Virus record (IMG/VR): IMGVR_UViG_3300035681_000004
Source of the DNA: an uncultured virus (IMG/VR IMGVR_UViG_3300035681_000004)
Lineage: Duplodnaviria; Heunggongvirae; Uroviricota; Caudoviricetes
Direction: 5' to 3' (one strand)
Length of the DNA: 64,000 nucleotides
Shown here: piece by piece, positions 22,501 to 31,288 of the stretch
Layout of the letters: every line of letters starts with the position of its first letter
How positions within the stretch are numbered: the stretch's first letter is position 1
Program-made: the position numbers and the translations under genes
Notes under the pieces: generated by a model
Database searches by the model: none
What the model saw: the letters and a program-made list of their open reading frames with translations, nothing else
Told to the model about the DNA's origin: nothing

Positions 22501-25500
22501 TAAAATAAACAATATCATTATCCTTAGATTCAAAGTAATCTGTTTTTTTATTAACAGTAAAAGAATCTGGAGTAAAATAAACTACAGATGTTGATGTATG
22601 AATACCGCCAGATGTATTTCTAGAAACTCTAAGAACATTTTCATATTCGAAAATGTTTAATAAAGAAAATGTTTCGGATCCAATACCAATACTACTTCCA
22701 ACAGAAATATTATTTGGAATATTAGCAACATAGATATCAGTTACAATTCCAGTTGTCGAATAAGCAGGAATGTCTCTAGATAATGTGGATGTATAAGATG
22801 TGACTCCAATTTGATAAAAACCATTAACATCACTCAGTGTCGTTGAAAATCCAGAAATACTTACATAATCTAAGTTTTCTAATTCGTGTTTTGGAGAAAC
22901 TTTTATCTTAATTTTTCCACCATCTTGCCAAGTGAATAATGCATCATCATAAGATAATATACTTGTTTGTAAGTTTTCAATTTCTTTTCCATTAACTCTT
23001 GAAACTTGAGCAACTAATCCACCACCGCCGCTGGTGCTTTCATCGAAAATTAATGAATCTCCCACCTTATAATTATCACCAGAATCAACAATTTCATAAG
23101 AATCTATTTTGCCTTTAGTGACGGATTCAACTACTGATAATTGATTAATAAATTCATTAGATTCTAAAAGAAAATCATTGTTTGCATAAGTATCTTTAAC
23201 TTTATATGGGAAAGTATTCCTAATTAAACTTGAATTATTGAAATCAAAGGATTGATTTAATGTTTCATTTTCTTTAATGAACTTAGAACGATATCTATTT
23301 CCAATAAAATAGGGGAAGATTCCAACAGTATTTCCATTTCCATCAACTATTGAAGTCGCAAAATAGGCATAAACTCCATTTGGAAACTCTGGAGTTATGC
23401 AGAATCTTCCATTATATTCATCCAAATCACCAGAATTTGTAAATTTATAATCTTCTATAAAAAATCCTGGAGCAAATCCAGAAGGACGGTTAGAAATATA
23501 ATTAGTGTCTAAAGAATATCCAGAAGTAAGTCTTCTAATTGCAGAGTTCTTATTTTTTGGATCCGAATATCCATATGATCCATAAATTGGATTTCCATCA
23601 TATGCCCATCCAATAATTGGTGAGTGAGATGCTCCAGTATCACCAAAAGCATTTTGTGCGAGTCCAGAATATCCTGAAATTGCATATTGCAAATTATTAT
23701 ATGAAGATCTAATAATTTCATTAGAAATGGTAGCACTATCATTAACATCGTCATATAAGAAATTATTATTTAATGTAATTGATCTTATTTGTGGATCAAA
23801 TATTACACCCTTTCCTGAAGGTACTACGGAGATGCTTGTAGTATCTTGAGAATATCCAGAACCAGAGTTAACTATGACGACATCAGTGATTCTATTATTG
23901 GTAATTACTGGTTTAAGAACCGCCCCAGTACCAATCCCAGCAACTCTTAAATCTGGTGTTGAGTAGTATTCAACACCACCATATTGAATAGATACATCTC
24001 TTATTTGACCATTAACTATAACAGGTACAAGTTGTGCATATTTTCCATTTTTGATACTAATGGTTGGTTTATTTTGATAATTTAAAATACTCGATCCATA
24101 ATCCGATCCATTATTATAAACATAAGTATCAATAATTTTTCCTCTTATAATAGGAGTTGCAACTATAGATCCTCTAGACTGAGTACTACCTAAACCAACA
24201 GCACTATATTCTACATTTAAAGATATAGGTGGATAATTAAAAATATGATATCCAGTTCCCGTTGATCCAAGACTTACATAATTTTTCCTTGTATAGTTTG
24301 AAGTTATAGTTGCTCCAACTCCAGCATCTGCAAGTCTAAATGTATCATCATCAATTTTAAGAACGTAATATTGATTTGATGTTGATAATCCAGAAATCGG
24401 GGTGGAAACAGTCGTTGAAATTCCTGTGTTTGAATATACAATTATTTCACCATCCTTAAATCCATGATTGATAAAAGAAACGGAATCATTTATTGTAGAA
24501 ATTCCTGAAGAAGTAACTCTAAGTTTTCTATTGGTATATCCACTTCCACCATTAATAATTTTAATTTGTGTTAGAGTATTTTTTGGTTCCGTTAAAAACT
24601 TTTGAATTCCAGCAGTTCCAATTGTAGTAAATCCTACGGTATTAATTCCAGAATTGTAATCCGTTAATGACTGATACAACTGAATTGTTCTGTCATTAAC
24701 ATATTTTGCATAATAAGTTGACCCATTCCTTAAAGTTTCGCCACTATCAAAATCCAACCCTTGGAAAGTTGCGATTCCAATTGATGGATTATTTCCTGGA
24801 CTATAAATGACAGGTTGACCATTTATAAGATTATGATTTGACGTAAATGTAATTGTTTCAAATGTGGTGTCTACTCCACCTCCATCTGATATCTGTCTTG
24901 CATCAAATTCAATTTCTCTACTTCTCTTATCTACAATAGGTTGAAATGATACTCCAGATCCGTTACCGCCAGTTAAGGTAACAGAAACAATCACATCTAC
25001 ATCAAAATCTTGAGGATCGACATAGATTGTCTCTAGAGAACCACTTATAACTGGTTGAATTAAAGCACTTCCAGAAGAAAATTCTAGTAAAGGCGGATTA
25101 ATTACATCATATCCACTTCCACCATTTAATACACTTACCGACTCTAGAGGTCCATAATAAACTTTATCATTTGTCTTATAACTTATAATTTCTACACCAT
25201 TTATTAACATTCCAATCGAACCTGGTTCAGTTAGAACGGATTGACCGTCTCCCATATTAAATGAAAGTGGAAACTTTCTTAATATTTTCTGTGGAGAAAG
25301 AACTTTTTCTTTCTGAGTTCTAAGAACAAAGTTATGAGTTCCTGTGGTCAGTGATCCAAAACTAACGTAATTAACTGTTCCAATCACAGATAGTGAATTA
25401 TACAATCTAATTTGAAGATTTCCAGATCCACTTACAAGTTCAACAAAATATACACCTTCAGATAATCCAGAAATTGGTGATTGGGATGGTGTATAGTATA

Positions 25501-27319
25501 TCTCACTTCCAGTTAAAAATGAGACTGGAGTGCTAAATGTTATAGTTGAATATAGACCACTATCTTCGTCGAGTCCTGCTACTCCAGAAGCATTATATGA
25601 AAAAATTGACTTTGTTATTTGATATGATGGTAATGAATTAGATGCAACATACATGTATTCATTATCTTGATTATAAACATTCTGAATCTCTGCCGTTACT
25701 GGACTAAACTCCAGAGGAACGCTTGAAGAACTAGCATTTTTAAGTTTTCTTCTAATATCATAATTAAAACTTTGGTTCAAAGTAAAAGAACTACTAGTTG
25801 TAACTTGTTTTCCTGTAATTTGAGTTACTAAAAGATTAGATGCTACAACAGTTTGAGAATCTCTATTTAAAATTTCAATGTAATCTCCTATTTTAAGGCT
25901 AGATTTATCAATGTCGCTCTTTAATACAACTTGAGAGATTGTTCCAGAGGAGAATGTATCGATTTCATATCTTGAACTTGTATTGTAGATCCAACTATTT
26001 GCAAAAATTTCTTTATAAGAAGGATTAGTTTGTGGATTTTTAATAATTTCACCAACACTCTTAACAGATATAACTTCGTCTGGATTAATTGGAGAATTTT
26101 GCTCTATGGGATTAAATTTTGATAAAACTCCAGTGAGTCTTAATTCTACTTTATTCTCTAAATCACCATTTTCATATCCATAGTATATCTCATCGGACCT
26201 TATTACCGATCCAGTTGTAATTTGTGTTGTAACTCCAGAGCAACCAAAAAATTGATTTATACTTTTATTCGTATATGTAATGATATTGTTACCGGAGTAG
26301 ATTTTTCCAGATGTAGAAAATCCGATTGTAGAATCTACTGTAATGACAGAACTACCAACACTAACTGTCTCTATATTTTTTGTATTGCCAGTAATGTTGA
26401 AGGTTCCCGTAACTGTTGGAAACGCATCATCATATCCAATAAAAAGAAAAAGTTTATAATAAGTTTTTCCACTTCTTCTGATAATTTCAACCTCAGATAC
26501 TGATGCTGTACTGCTAGGATCATTATTTTTGAAAATTGTTTGTCCAGCAAGATTTAGAGGATCTCCAGAAATTGCCTCTGCAACTACAACTTCTCTTCTA
26601 ACATATGTTGCAGATGATGGTTTTAATAGAAACTGCTCCAAATCAATTACTTTTGGAGTTTCTCCAAATAGGATATTGAAGAGAATTCTAAAAGACTCAT
26701 CAGTTCCTTTTGATTCATATAAAGTTCTTGCTTCTTTAATAAAGTTGCCAACATTCAAATCAGAAACAAAATTTATATCTTCTAATCCTGGTGTTAATGT
26801 ATATTTTAATTTTTTATATAATTCCTTTAAAAAGAGTGAACTTAGATTTTGAACTGTAGAGAGTCCAACGTGTGATGCCTGATTTGATGTTGAGAATACT
26901 AATTCTCCATAATTCAAATCTTTATGATAACTGGTAATACCAGAAAATCCACGAATACAACCAGTAAATGTAGTTGCGGAAGTTCCAGTATATGTAATTA
27001 TTTCATCATCAATCTTCAATAAACCATATGAAGAAGGAAACCCTTTCGTCGATGTAACTGTAATGATTCCAGAAGAAGCAGTAATATCTGTAGTTAATCC
27101 AGTAAATCCATTAACTACTTCTGGAGTTAGATTATCAAGTTTTAAGTACTGATCAAGATTTTCAGAAATATCTGTAGGACCGCCCTGATATTCTTGCGAA
27201 ATATAATACTGCTTTAAAAAATCTAAAGTTTTGGGGCTTTCTTCCAAAATAAATTCTGGAAGTTGATTTTCAAGTACCTGCTGTACTTTTACTCTGGATT
27301 CAAAACCCGTTTTTATCAT
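16568..27319 (-). CDS. gp7: Baseplate wedge initiator gp7 (giant, contains a YHYH-like domain)
   Basis: 3583 aa between gp6 and gp8: NQLPEFI...FLKQYY...YESKGTDESFRILFNILFG, HSPIIGWAYDGNPIYG...DLDEYNGRFCITPEFPNG, and DNDYYQNLSYSVKS...LHTSGLKNF. Confidence 0.85.
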   Translation of the reverse strand: MIKTGFESRVKVQQVLENQLPEFILEESPKTLDFLKQYYISQEYQGGPTDISENLDQYLKLDNLTPEVVNGFTGLTTDITASSGIITVTSTKGFPSSYGLLKIDDEIITYTGTSATTFTGCIRGFSGITSYHKDLNYGELVFSTSNQASHVGLSTVQNLSSLFLKELYKKLKYTLTPGLEDINFVSDLNVGNFIKEARTLYESKGTDESFRILFNILFGETPKVIDLEQFLLKPSSATYVRREVVVAEAISGDPLNLAGQTIFKNNDPSSTASVSEVEIIRRSGKTYYKLFLFIGYDDAFPTVTGTFNITGNTKNIETVSVGSSVITVDSTIGFSTSGKIYSGNNIITYTNKSINQFFGCSGVTTQITTGSVIRSDEIYYGYENGDLENKVELRLTGVLSKFNPIEQNSPINPDEVISVKSVGEIIKNPQTNPSYKEIFANSWIYNTSSRYEIDTFSSGTISQVVLKSDIDKSSLKIGDYIEILNRDSQTVVASNLLVTQITGKQVTTSSSFTLNQSFNYDIRRKLKNASSSSVPLEFSPVTAEIQNVYNQDNEYMYVASNSLPSYQITKSIFSYNASGVAGLDEDSGLYSTITFSTPVSFLTGSEIYYTPSQSPISGLSEGVYFVELVSGSGNLQIRLYNSLSVIGTVNYVSFGSLTTGTHNFVLRTQKEKVLSPQKILRKFPLSFNMGDGQSVLTEPGSIGMLINGVEIISYKTNDKVYYGPLESVSVLNGGSGYDVINPPLLEFSSGSALIQPVISGSLETIYVDPQDFDVDVIVSVTLTGGNGSGVSFQPIVDKRSREIEFDARQISDGGGVDTTFETITFTSNHNLINGQPVIYSPGNNPSIGIATFQGLDFDSGETLRNGSTYYAKYVNDRTIQLYQSLTDYNSGINTVGFTTIGTAGIQKFLTEPKNTLTQIKIINGGSGYTNRKLRVTSSGISTINDSVSFINHGFKDGEIIVYSNTGISTTVSTPISGLSTSNQYYVLKIDDDTFRLADAGVGATITSNYTRKNYVSLGSTGTGYHIFNYPPISLNVEYSAVGLGSTQSRGSIVATPIIRGKIIDTYVYNNGSDYGSSILNYQNKPTISIKNGKYAQLVPVIVNGQIRDVSIQYGGVEYYSTPDLRVAGIGTGAVLKPVITNNRITDVVIVNSGSGYSQDTTSISVVPSGKGVIFDPQIRSITLNNNFLYDDVNDSATISNEIIRSSYNNLQYAISGYSGLAQNAFGDTGASHSPIIGWAYDGNPIYGSYGYSDPKNKNSAIRRLTSGYSLDTNYISNRPSGFAPGFFIEDYKFTNSGDLDEYNGRFCITPEFPNGVYAYFATSIVDGNGNTVGIFPYFIGNRYRSKFIKENETLNQSFDFNNSSLIRNTFPYKVKDTYANNDFLLESNEFINQLSVVESVTKGKIDSYEIVDSGDNYKVGDSLIFDESTSGGGGLVAQVSRVNGKEIENLQTSILSYDDALFTWQDGGKIKIKVSPKHELENLDYVSISGFSTTLSDVNGFYQIGVTSYTSTLSRDIPAYSTTGIVTDIYVANIPNNISVGSSIGIGSETFSLLNIFEYENVLRVSRNTSGGIHTSTSVVYFTPDSFTVNKKTDYFESKDNDIVYFNPKKAVGVGTTSGLGISVNYNIGNRISSVYIPTQSLYLPNHPFKNNQEVILTKPGTASAISVANTSSSTAFDLPFSGNEQTVYVIKKSVDFIGITTQIGLTTTTNGLYFISNGSDDYQYSIRSNFSQIKGDIQRVTSVVSVSTSHQLNNGDEIQLTVKPNLSVGIGTSTSIKVLYDSNEDKLIINPVQFTSSGINTVANQITISNHGFKTGDKVIYKSTSVASGLSTGIYYVYKVDDNLIKLCQTYTDSISNPPLFVDINSAPAVTHRLLPINPSLDIIKNNNAIFDLSDTSLSGFRFKIFYDRELKDDFISVGTTSIFSISGVGTAGVSTNASLTINYDDKLPSSLFYGLEKSGVVSIPDLEVQNYSQINFIDSHYHNKYKIFGVSDTTFKISLPISPENYNYSKTECDELKYDTSSLTAFGGVSKIRTISPGSNFSKLPIFDGIGSTSGSGAYIIPQSNSIGKINNVRILNEGFEYSSDKTLRPEASIAKFLIIKDSNEIVDIDVSFGGRNYTFPPNLIVVNSVTDTRVDSGFLTPTIDGTAITSVTINQKPKGLPQLNSKIIAINNDNGVGIQTVQTSATGIVTCFLVTPFTGFVTEPFSVGDKIFVEGILKYGTEGDGFNSADYGYNFFTVSTYANSGTELPRVLEFDLNELKESANPGIAQTITTGIYGTIVNYSNYPRFSVSQEFSNFILGESLQVSTTLGYVNSDLKITESNKNYIKISGSYELVTNQTVRGTQSGTIATISEIKESVGQFEVNYSTPQNIGWSDDTGKLDEDIQVIPDNDYYQNLSYSVKSNQEWVDIVSPVNSLLHTSGLKNFSDTQIVKNAGIGITANQYADFVYNFIDENRVDTINNFDLVIDVDTDGNSSRFLKLKNRRLADYIECRTNRVLNIDDISSQFTETKTDFDLNYQGTPIFRKVFDPTDSTAVNLSTGQFSILNHFFSTGEELIYTSGSTTPGFASTSVGIGSTLNNVGVVTNILPSTVYAIKIDNNNFKIATRKEYALANPAIAVTFTTVGAGNSHQFEMSKKNDKSIISINNIVQSPIAYSLLNYTVNSGGQIGTASTTFALSGISSITIGDILKIDNEYMKVISVGFGTSYSGPVSFAGTFPLVTVQRGFVGSSSTTHSDYSSVSLYRGTFNIVNSKIYFTDAPRGITTSQYYTNTFGLPEPTSVFNGRVFLRKDYTTNQVYDNVSERFTGIGQTYTLTVNGINTVGLGSTGGNGIVFINGIFQTPTTENNSQNNFTIVENNTLGISSIVFSGITSSNGSTYVSVDDVNVNQLPRGGLIVSLGSTPGLGYAPLVGASVTAIIGVGGTIVSIGIGTTGNWGSGYRTPVTISISESGHAGTSATITSNVGAGGTLSFNIINAGTGYTNPTISISPPSYNNLPVIGMSRLSIGATTDTGVGLLLNVDVGASSTTGIGSTLFEVTGFKVVRNGYGFKPGDVVKAVGLVTAYGLSQPVSEFQLTILSTFTDSFSAWQFGQMDYIDSVKTYQNGSRTRFPLYYNSQLLSFEKNASDPDSQLIDFNTLLIIFINGILQQPGVAYEFNGGTSFTFTQPPKPEDNVAIFFYRGSADDSTQVDVFETLKIGDSVQAFSNNNYLGITTTQEIRNIFDIPSADRIQTNNYFFQGINSQSDKQLNLSWIKQKVDKVIDGNTVSKARDSAESQVYPTARLISNLSTTDNQIFVDNVKFFSYDSPTEFDGLIVSGSVDPVSAAVTATVSAAGTIQTLTINQSGSGYSGASVEVKISAPPSVGVGLGTTATATIAVVNGSLSSPVTILNPGFGYTTSNLPEVIVPLPDPVYENIKNITGVAGSFGNIIGITTATGIGTNLAIKFTLDPALAPFTDWTIGYPIYIFNTTVGNGVTSIVNHDGSVIGVGTEFLDNIYHISAFNSSLGIMTCNIKSDSSVVGIATTGSTVGKFSWGKMYGFTRSSSPVAIAVSGYNVDSGLSTFPTIQRRGYGLRSIGPIKKIL

Positions 27320-27320
27320 C

Positions 27321-29267
27321 TTATGACCTCTTTAATTCCCCGTTCGAATAACTTGATCTATAGTAACTATTAGTGGAAAACATAGTTCCAGAGACATCAT
27401 CGCCAGAAGCAATAACATCTTTAATCATATTTATTTTGCTTTTTGATATGCTAAAAGATAGATAAAGATCCTTGAGTCCGATGATATCATTAGACTCTGG
27501 GAACGCTTGTATTTCAATAATATCTTGCCCTAAAGAAGTTTCTGTAATGGTTACTCCATTTAATAAAATTTCACCAGAAGAATAGTCTACTGTTCCTGCA
27601 GACTTAACAATGACCAAGGTACTAAACGTTGTTGTTGTACCTATGCCTGTAACAACAGGAGTTTCTTTAACAATCGATATCGTTCCCTTTCCACTACCAT
27701 CTAAATTTCCTTTGGAATCTTTATTTGGAGTATCTGTTAGATAAACTGTTTCTGGTTCTCCAAATATCTTAAATCCAGTTGATTTAATATTTTTTCCTTC
27801 AGGGTTTATATGGAATTTATTACCAAAACAAATCTCATATTGAGTTGGAGCATCGATTAATGCTTTTAAATCTCTTCTGAGTCTTACTTTTGTAATGTTA
27901 GAAGTAATTGCAGCATCGGTGTTATCAATAACTTGCAGAACCTTACTGTACTTAAATCTTCCACCAAAAGCATTTAAATTTGGTGACTGTGCATATGAAT
28001 TTAGAGAAGAAATTACTTTTGTCTTGAGATCTTCAACACTTCCAACTTGAGAATAATTGTAATAAACTGATGAATCAATTTCAACATAAAGAACTTTAAG
28101 ATCTATAATTTCAGGATTAATTCCTGCAACTGTATATTGCTTTAATTTGTTTTTGATTTCTTGCTTATCAAAGTCTGAAACATAGGTTCCATTCTTAGGT
28201 TTAATACTAATCAAAACTTTTCCAAACTGTGGTGGACTGAGTTCTTCACCACCAACTACAGATATTGATTCTGCATTTTCATAAATTTTGGATTTAATAA
28301 GAGATTCATAATCTCTAGATGTAACTGCACGATATTGTGATGCGTACAATCTAGGCGCATACGATTTAACTGATTGTATACTTTCAATATCAGATCCGTT
28401 TTGGGATGATTGTATTGTTGTAACAGTGATCGTATTGTTTATAATCTCGGTAGCATCATTTTCGTTTTTGAATGTTCCGGCAAAACTAAAAGCATTCGCG
28501 CCATTTCCATTCTTACCATCAGTAATAATATACGTTACGGTAATAATTGAATTGTTTTCAAGTTTCTTACCAAATCTACCATCTCCAAAAAGAATCTCAT
28601 ATTTTTCATCCTTAACTTCTTGAATCAGATAGGTTTCAGATGTTGAACCAATTTCAAAAATATTATCTACAAGAGTATATAAGTTTCCTAATCCTGTGTT
28701 ACTTGGAGATTTTACGTATACACGAATTGTAGTCGTGTCTATGAACGAATTATCTAATATAAATCTCTGATCTAGTGATCCATCTACTGTAAACTGTTTT
28801 CTGAGAAAAGTTCCTTCCTTAAGAGTAATATTGCTAAACGTCGCTGTACCGTTGATAACACTTGCTGTAATGTTTTCTGGAACTGAAAACACGTATGATG
28901 TGCCACCAGCGGAACCAGTACAAACTAATCCAGATTGTAATGTTAATGTCGATGTCGAGGTCGTTGGTTGCGCTGTGAACGAAACAACCGCACTTGATGC
29001 TGTTCTAGACTTAGGTACGTACCCAATGTTTCTAGCTAAAGAAACAACATTTTCTCTTACGGTCGCTGAGTCCAAAAAGGACTCGTTTACGACCATATTT
29101 GAGTTAAATGCTGTAATATAAGTGTTATATGCTAAGGTATCAATTAAAACAGAAAAATTAGACCCTTCAAAGTCGAAATCCGTAAAATTGGAATTTGCAC
29201 GGAGATAGTCTTTGATAGATGTCTTTATCTGATCAAAATCTAAATTAGAAAACTTAGTAAAAGGCAT
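27321..29267 (-). CDS. gp6: Baseplate wedge subunit gp6
   Basis: NLDFDQIKTSIKDYL...FTDFDFEGSNFSVLIDTLAYNTY...ESFLDSAT...YEILFGDG...QYRAVT. Confidence 0.93.
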   Translation of the reverse strand: MPFTKFSNLDFDQIKTSIKDYLRANSNFTDFDFEGSNFSVLIDTLAYNTYITAFNSNMVVNESFLDSATVRENVVSLARNIGYVPKSRTASSAVVSFTAQPTTSTSTLTLQSGLVCTGSAGGTSYVFSVPENITASVINGTATFSNITLKEGTFLRKQFTVDGSLDQRFILDNSFIDTTTIRVYVKSPSNTGLGNLYTLVDNIFEIGSTSETYLIQEVKDEKYEILFGDGRFGKKLENNSIITVTYIITDGKNGNGANAFSFAGTFKNENDATEIINNTITVTTIQSSQNGSDIESIQSVKSYAPRLYASQYRAVTSRDYESLIKSKIYENAESISVVGGEELSPPQFGKVLISIKPKNGTYVSDFDKQEIKNKLKQYTVAGINPEIIDLKVLYVEIDSSVYYNYSQVGSVEDLKTKVISSLNSYAQSPNLNAFGGRFKYSKVLQVIDNTDAAITSNITKVRLRRDLKALIDAPTQYEICFGNKFHINPEGKNIKSTGFKIFGEPETVYLTDTPNKDSKGNLDGSGKGTISIVKETPVVTGIGTTTTFSTLVIVKSAGTVDYSSGEILLNGVTITETSLGQDIIEIQAFPESNDIIGLKDLYLSFSISKSKINMIKDVIASGDDVSGTMFSTNSYYRSSYSNGELKRS

Positions 29268-29268
29268 T

Positions 29269-29670
29269 TTATCTTGCTGCCTCTAATATGAATGAAAATT
29301 GTTGTGTAGGAATTTCTTGCCCTATAATATCAAAGGTAATTGTAATTTCAAACTCATTTGTATCTGGACTTGGGTTTACCTGTACTAAAACATTTTGAAC
29401 TCTTGGTTCAAAATTCTGAATAGTCAGACGAATTTGGTCTTGAATGACCGATGCAGTTCCAAAATCAACAAATTCAAAAAGACTTGAACGAACATTTGAA
29501 CCAAGAGTCAGATTAAAAAATCTTTCTGTTGGAATCGTTTCAACTAAATTGCGAATGGAACGAATAATCGCATTCTCATTCTTCAAAATGGGTAAGTCTT
29601 TAGTAATTGGATGAGGTTCAAAAGATAAACTAATATCTTTAAATGATCTAGATACCCTATTTACTGTCAT
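29269..29670 (-). CDS. gp25: Baseplate wedge subunit gp25
   Basis: FKDISLSFEPHPIT...NENAIIRSIRNLV...ERFFN...FEPRV. Confidence 0.92.
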   Translation of the reverse strand: MTVNRVSRSFKDISLSFEPHPITKDLPILKNENAIIRSIRNLVETIPTERFFNLTLGSNVRSSLFEFVDFGTASVIQDQIRLTIQNFEPRVQNVLVQVNPSPDTNEFEITITFDIIGQEIPTQQFSFILEAAR

Positions 29671-29691
29671 TAGGACATAGAATTTCTTCTT

Positions 29692-29699
29692 TATTTATT
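29692..29699 (-). promoter_or_regulatory. Late promoter AATAAATA
   Basis: xATAAATA 22 nt upstream of gp25. Confidence 0.65.
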
Positions 29700-29700
29700 C

Positions 29701-29943
29701 CTATTTCCAAGAAGATCCATAGACTGGTTCAGTTCCATAGTCCCAATCATCATAATCTTCATCATTTCGAATCTTTTCATGCAACTCCACTTGTTTTTTA
29801 AAGTCATGTTTGGGTGCTGTATCGTGCATAACCTCTTGAATGACTCTTTTTTGAGGAACATCGACATAATCTGTGATTAAGCGATCAGTTCCCCACATAT
29901 CATACATATAATTTTTGTCTCTATCGACGGGTAGATTTGACAT
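29701..29943 (-). CDS. Conserved hypothetical protein
   Basis: 80 aa with an AGGAG Shine-Dalgarno sequence upstream. Confidence 0.7.
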   Translation of the reverse strand: MSNLPVDRDKNYMYDMWGTDRLITDYVDVPQKRVIQEVMHDTAPKHDFKKQVELHEKIRNDEDYDDWDYGTEPVYGSSWK

Positions 29944-30010
29944 TTTAGCTCCTGTTTTAACGAATAAAACAGAACTTTTATAAAGGAGGTTGCTATCTCC
30001 TTATGTCTAT

Positions 30011-30337
30011 TTAACGTTCTACTTCTCTTAATGAGTATGAGTCGGAATTAAGGTATTTTAAGACTTCTAAGGCGATTAAACGGGGATTTCCTTCACCGCA
30101 AGTGTAGACATCGACTGCTAAACACCCATTTTCTGGCCAAGTATGACAAGAAACATGACTTTCTGAAAGAGCAATCACGACTGTACAACCCTGAGGTATG
30201 AAACAATGAGAAAAAACGTTCAAAATGGTCATTTTTGCACGTTCAATTCCCTTAATCATGACGTTTTGTAGAGAATTTACGTCATTAATCAGGTTAAAAT
30301 CAACATCATACACCTCTAGCAGCAGGTGCTTACCCAT
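30011..30337 (-). CDS. speD: Pyruvoyl-dependent S-adenosylmethionine decarboxylase
   Basis: MGKHLLLEVY...HCFIPQGCTVVIALSESHVSCHTWPENGCLAVDVYTCG contains the E-S self-cleavage motif ESH. Confidence 0.9.
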   Translation of the reverse strand: MGKHLLLEVYDVDFNLINDVNSLQNVMIKGIERAKMTILNVFSHCFIPQGCTVVIALSESHVSCHTWPENGCLAVDVYTCGEGNPRLIALEVLKYLNSDSYSLREVER

Positions 30338-30372
30338 TGAAAACTGTTTCAATTCAATTTCGATAAAAAATT

Positions 30373-30380
30373 TATTTATT
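30373..30380 (-). promoter_or_regulatory. Late promoter AATAAATA for speD
   Basis: xATAAATA immediately upstream of speD. Confidence 0.6.
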
Positions 30381-30966
30381 CGATATAAAAACCCTTGCGA
30401 TAATAGTCTATATCATCAACAAATCTCATATTTTCAACTTTTTCATCGCTCCAAACTGGAATTGCAAGTGAATTTCCATAACGAAAATCAGGATTTCTAC
30501 GAAAATGAACTTCAATTAACTTATCTCCAATGAATTCGCAGTTAATCCAGTCATAAGTTCCCTTTAGGTCTTTTAAAATCTCAGGAAATTCAACTTTTTG
30601 ATCAATTTTTTCCCACTTTTTCCATTTATAATAAGGGTCATTCTCATCTCTAGTGCCAACGACAACCAATTCTGCCTTCTGCTGACAAAAATCAATACTT
30701 AAATGCTCACCTTTAAAGATTTCACACCAAAACTCACCTGGATGAAATTGATCAGTGTGTTTTTCAATCCATTCATTACGAGCAAAACGCCCCATACCGA
30801 GCAAGTTCACCATCGGGCGAACAATATAAAAGTCGGGTTGAGGAACAGTAGTCCCAACAGGACCACATGTATACTCTAAAACCCGACTTAAAAACAATTT
30901 ATTATAAACCCAGAGGTCTGACGGATGTATATTTTCCCATTCATCATTACCGTCTAGGTAATACAT
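30376..30966 (-). CDS. Hypothetical protein, degenerate ATP-grasp-like
   Basis: YIVRPMVNLLGMG, FWCEIFKGEHLSIDF and INCEFIGDKLIEVHFR occur in the same order as ATP-grasp motifs. Confidence 0.55.
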   Translation of the reverse strand: MYYLDGNDEWENIHPSDLWVYNKLFLSRVLEYTCGPVGTTVPQPDFYIVRPMVNLLGMGRFARNEWIEKHTDQFHPGEFWCEIFKGEHLSIDFCQQKAELVVVGTRDENDPYYKWKKWEKIDQKVEFPEILKDLKGTYDWINCEFIGDKLIEVHFRRNPDFRYGNSLAIPVWSDEKVENMRFVDDIDYYRKGFYIE

Positions 30967-31118
30967 TATCCCTTACCTTGCCCTCTATATTTTTTTCTAG
31001 CTCCATTACGAGAAGAGGCAGCGTATTTTGTTCCAGCTCCATCGCCTTGGCGAGACTTTTTAGGTGGTCCAGGACTATAAGACGTGCGCTTATTCAATCC
31101 ACCAGTTGCTTTTGCCAT
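30966..31118 (-). CDS. Small basic protein (50 aa, below the ORF-track cutoff)
   Basis: MAKATGGLNKRTSYSPGPPKKSRQGDGAGTKYAASSRNGARKKYRGQGKG. TAATG overlap with the next gene. Confidence 0.7.
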   Translation of the reverse strand: MAKATGGLNKRTSYSPGPPKKSRQGDGAGTKYAASSRNGARKKYRGQGKG

Positions 31119-31288
31119 TTATGATTCTCCAATAAAATTTCAGTTTCAAGATCTTCAGGGGATGGAGAACCTGTCTGATAAAATTCAATCGACAGATCCT
31201 CCATTACATCGAAATATTCTTCTTCTGTGAGACTTGAATAAATTCGTCTTCCTTTACAAAGAATATTGTAACGTTCGTTAGACATCAA
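31094..31288 (-). CDS. Conserved hypothetical protein
   Basis: Overlaps both neighbours in the operon. Confidence 0.65.
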   Translation of the reverse strand: MMSNERYNILCKGRRIYSSLTEEEYFDVMEDLSIEFYQTGSPSPEDLETEILLENHKWQKQLVD

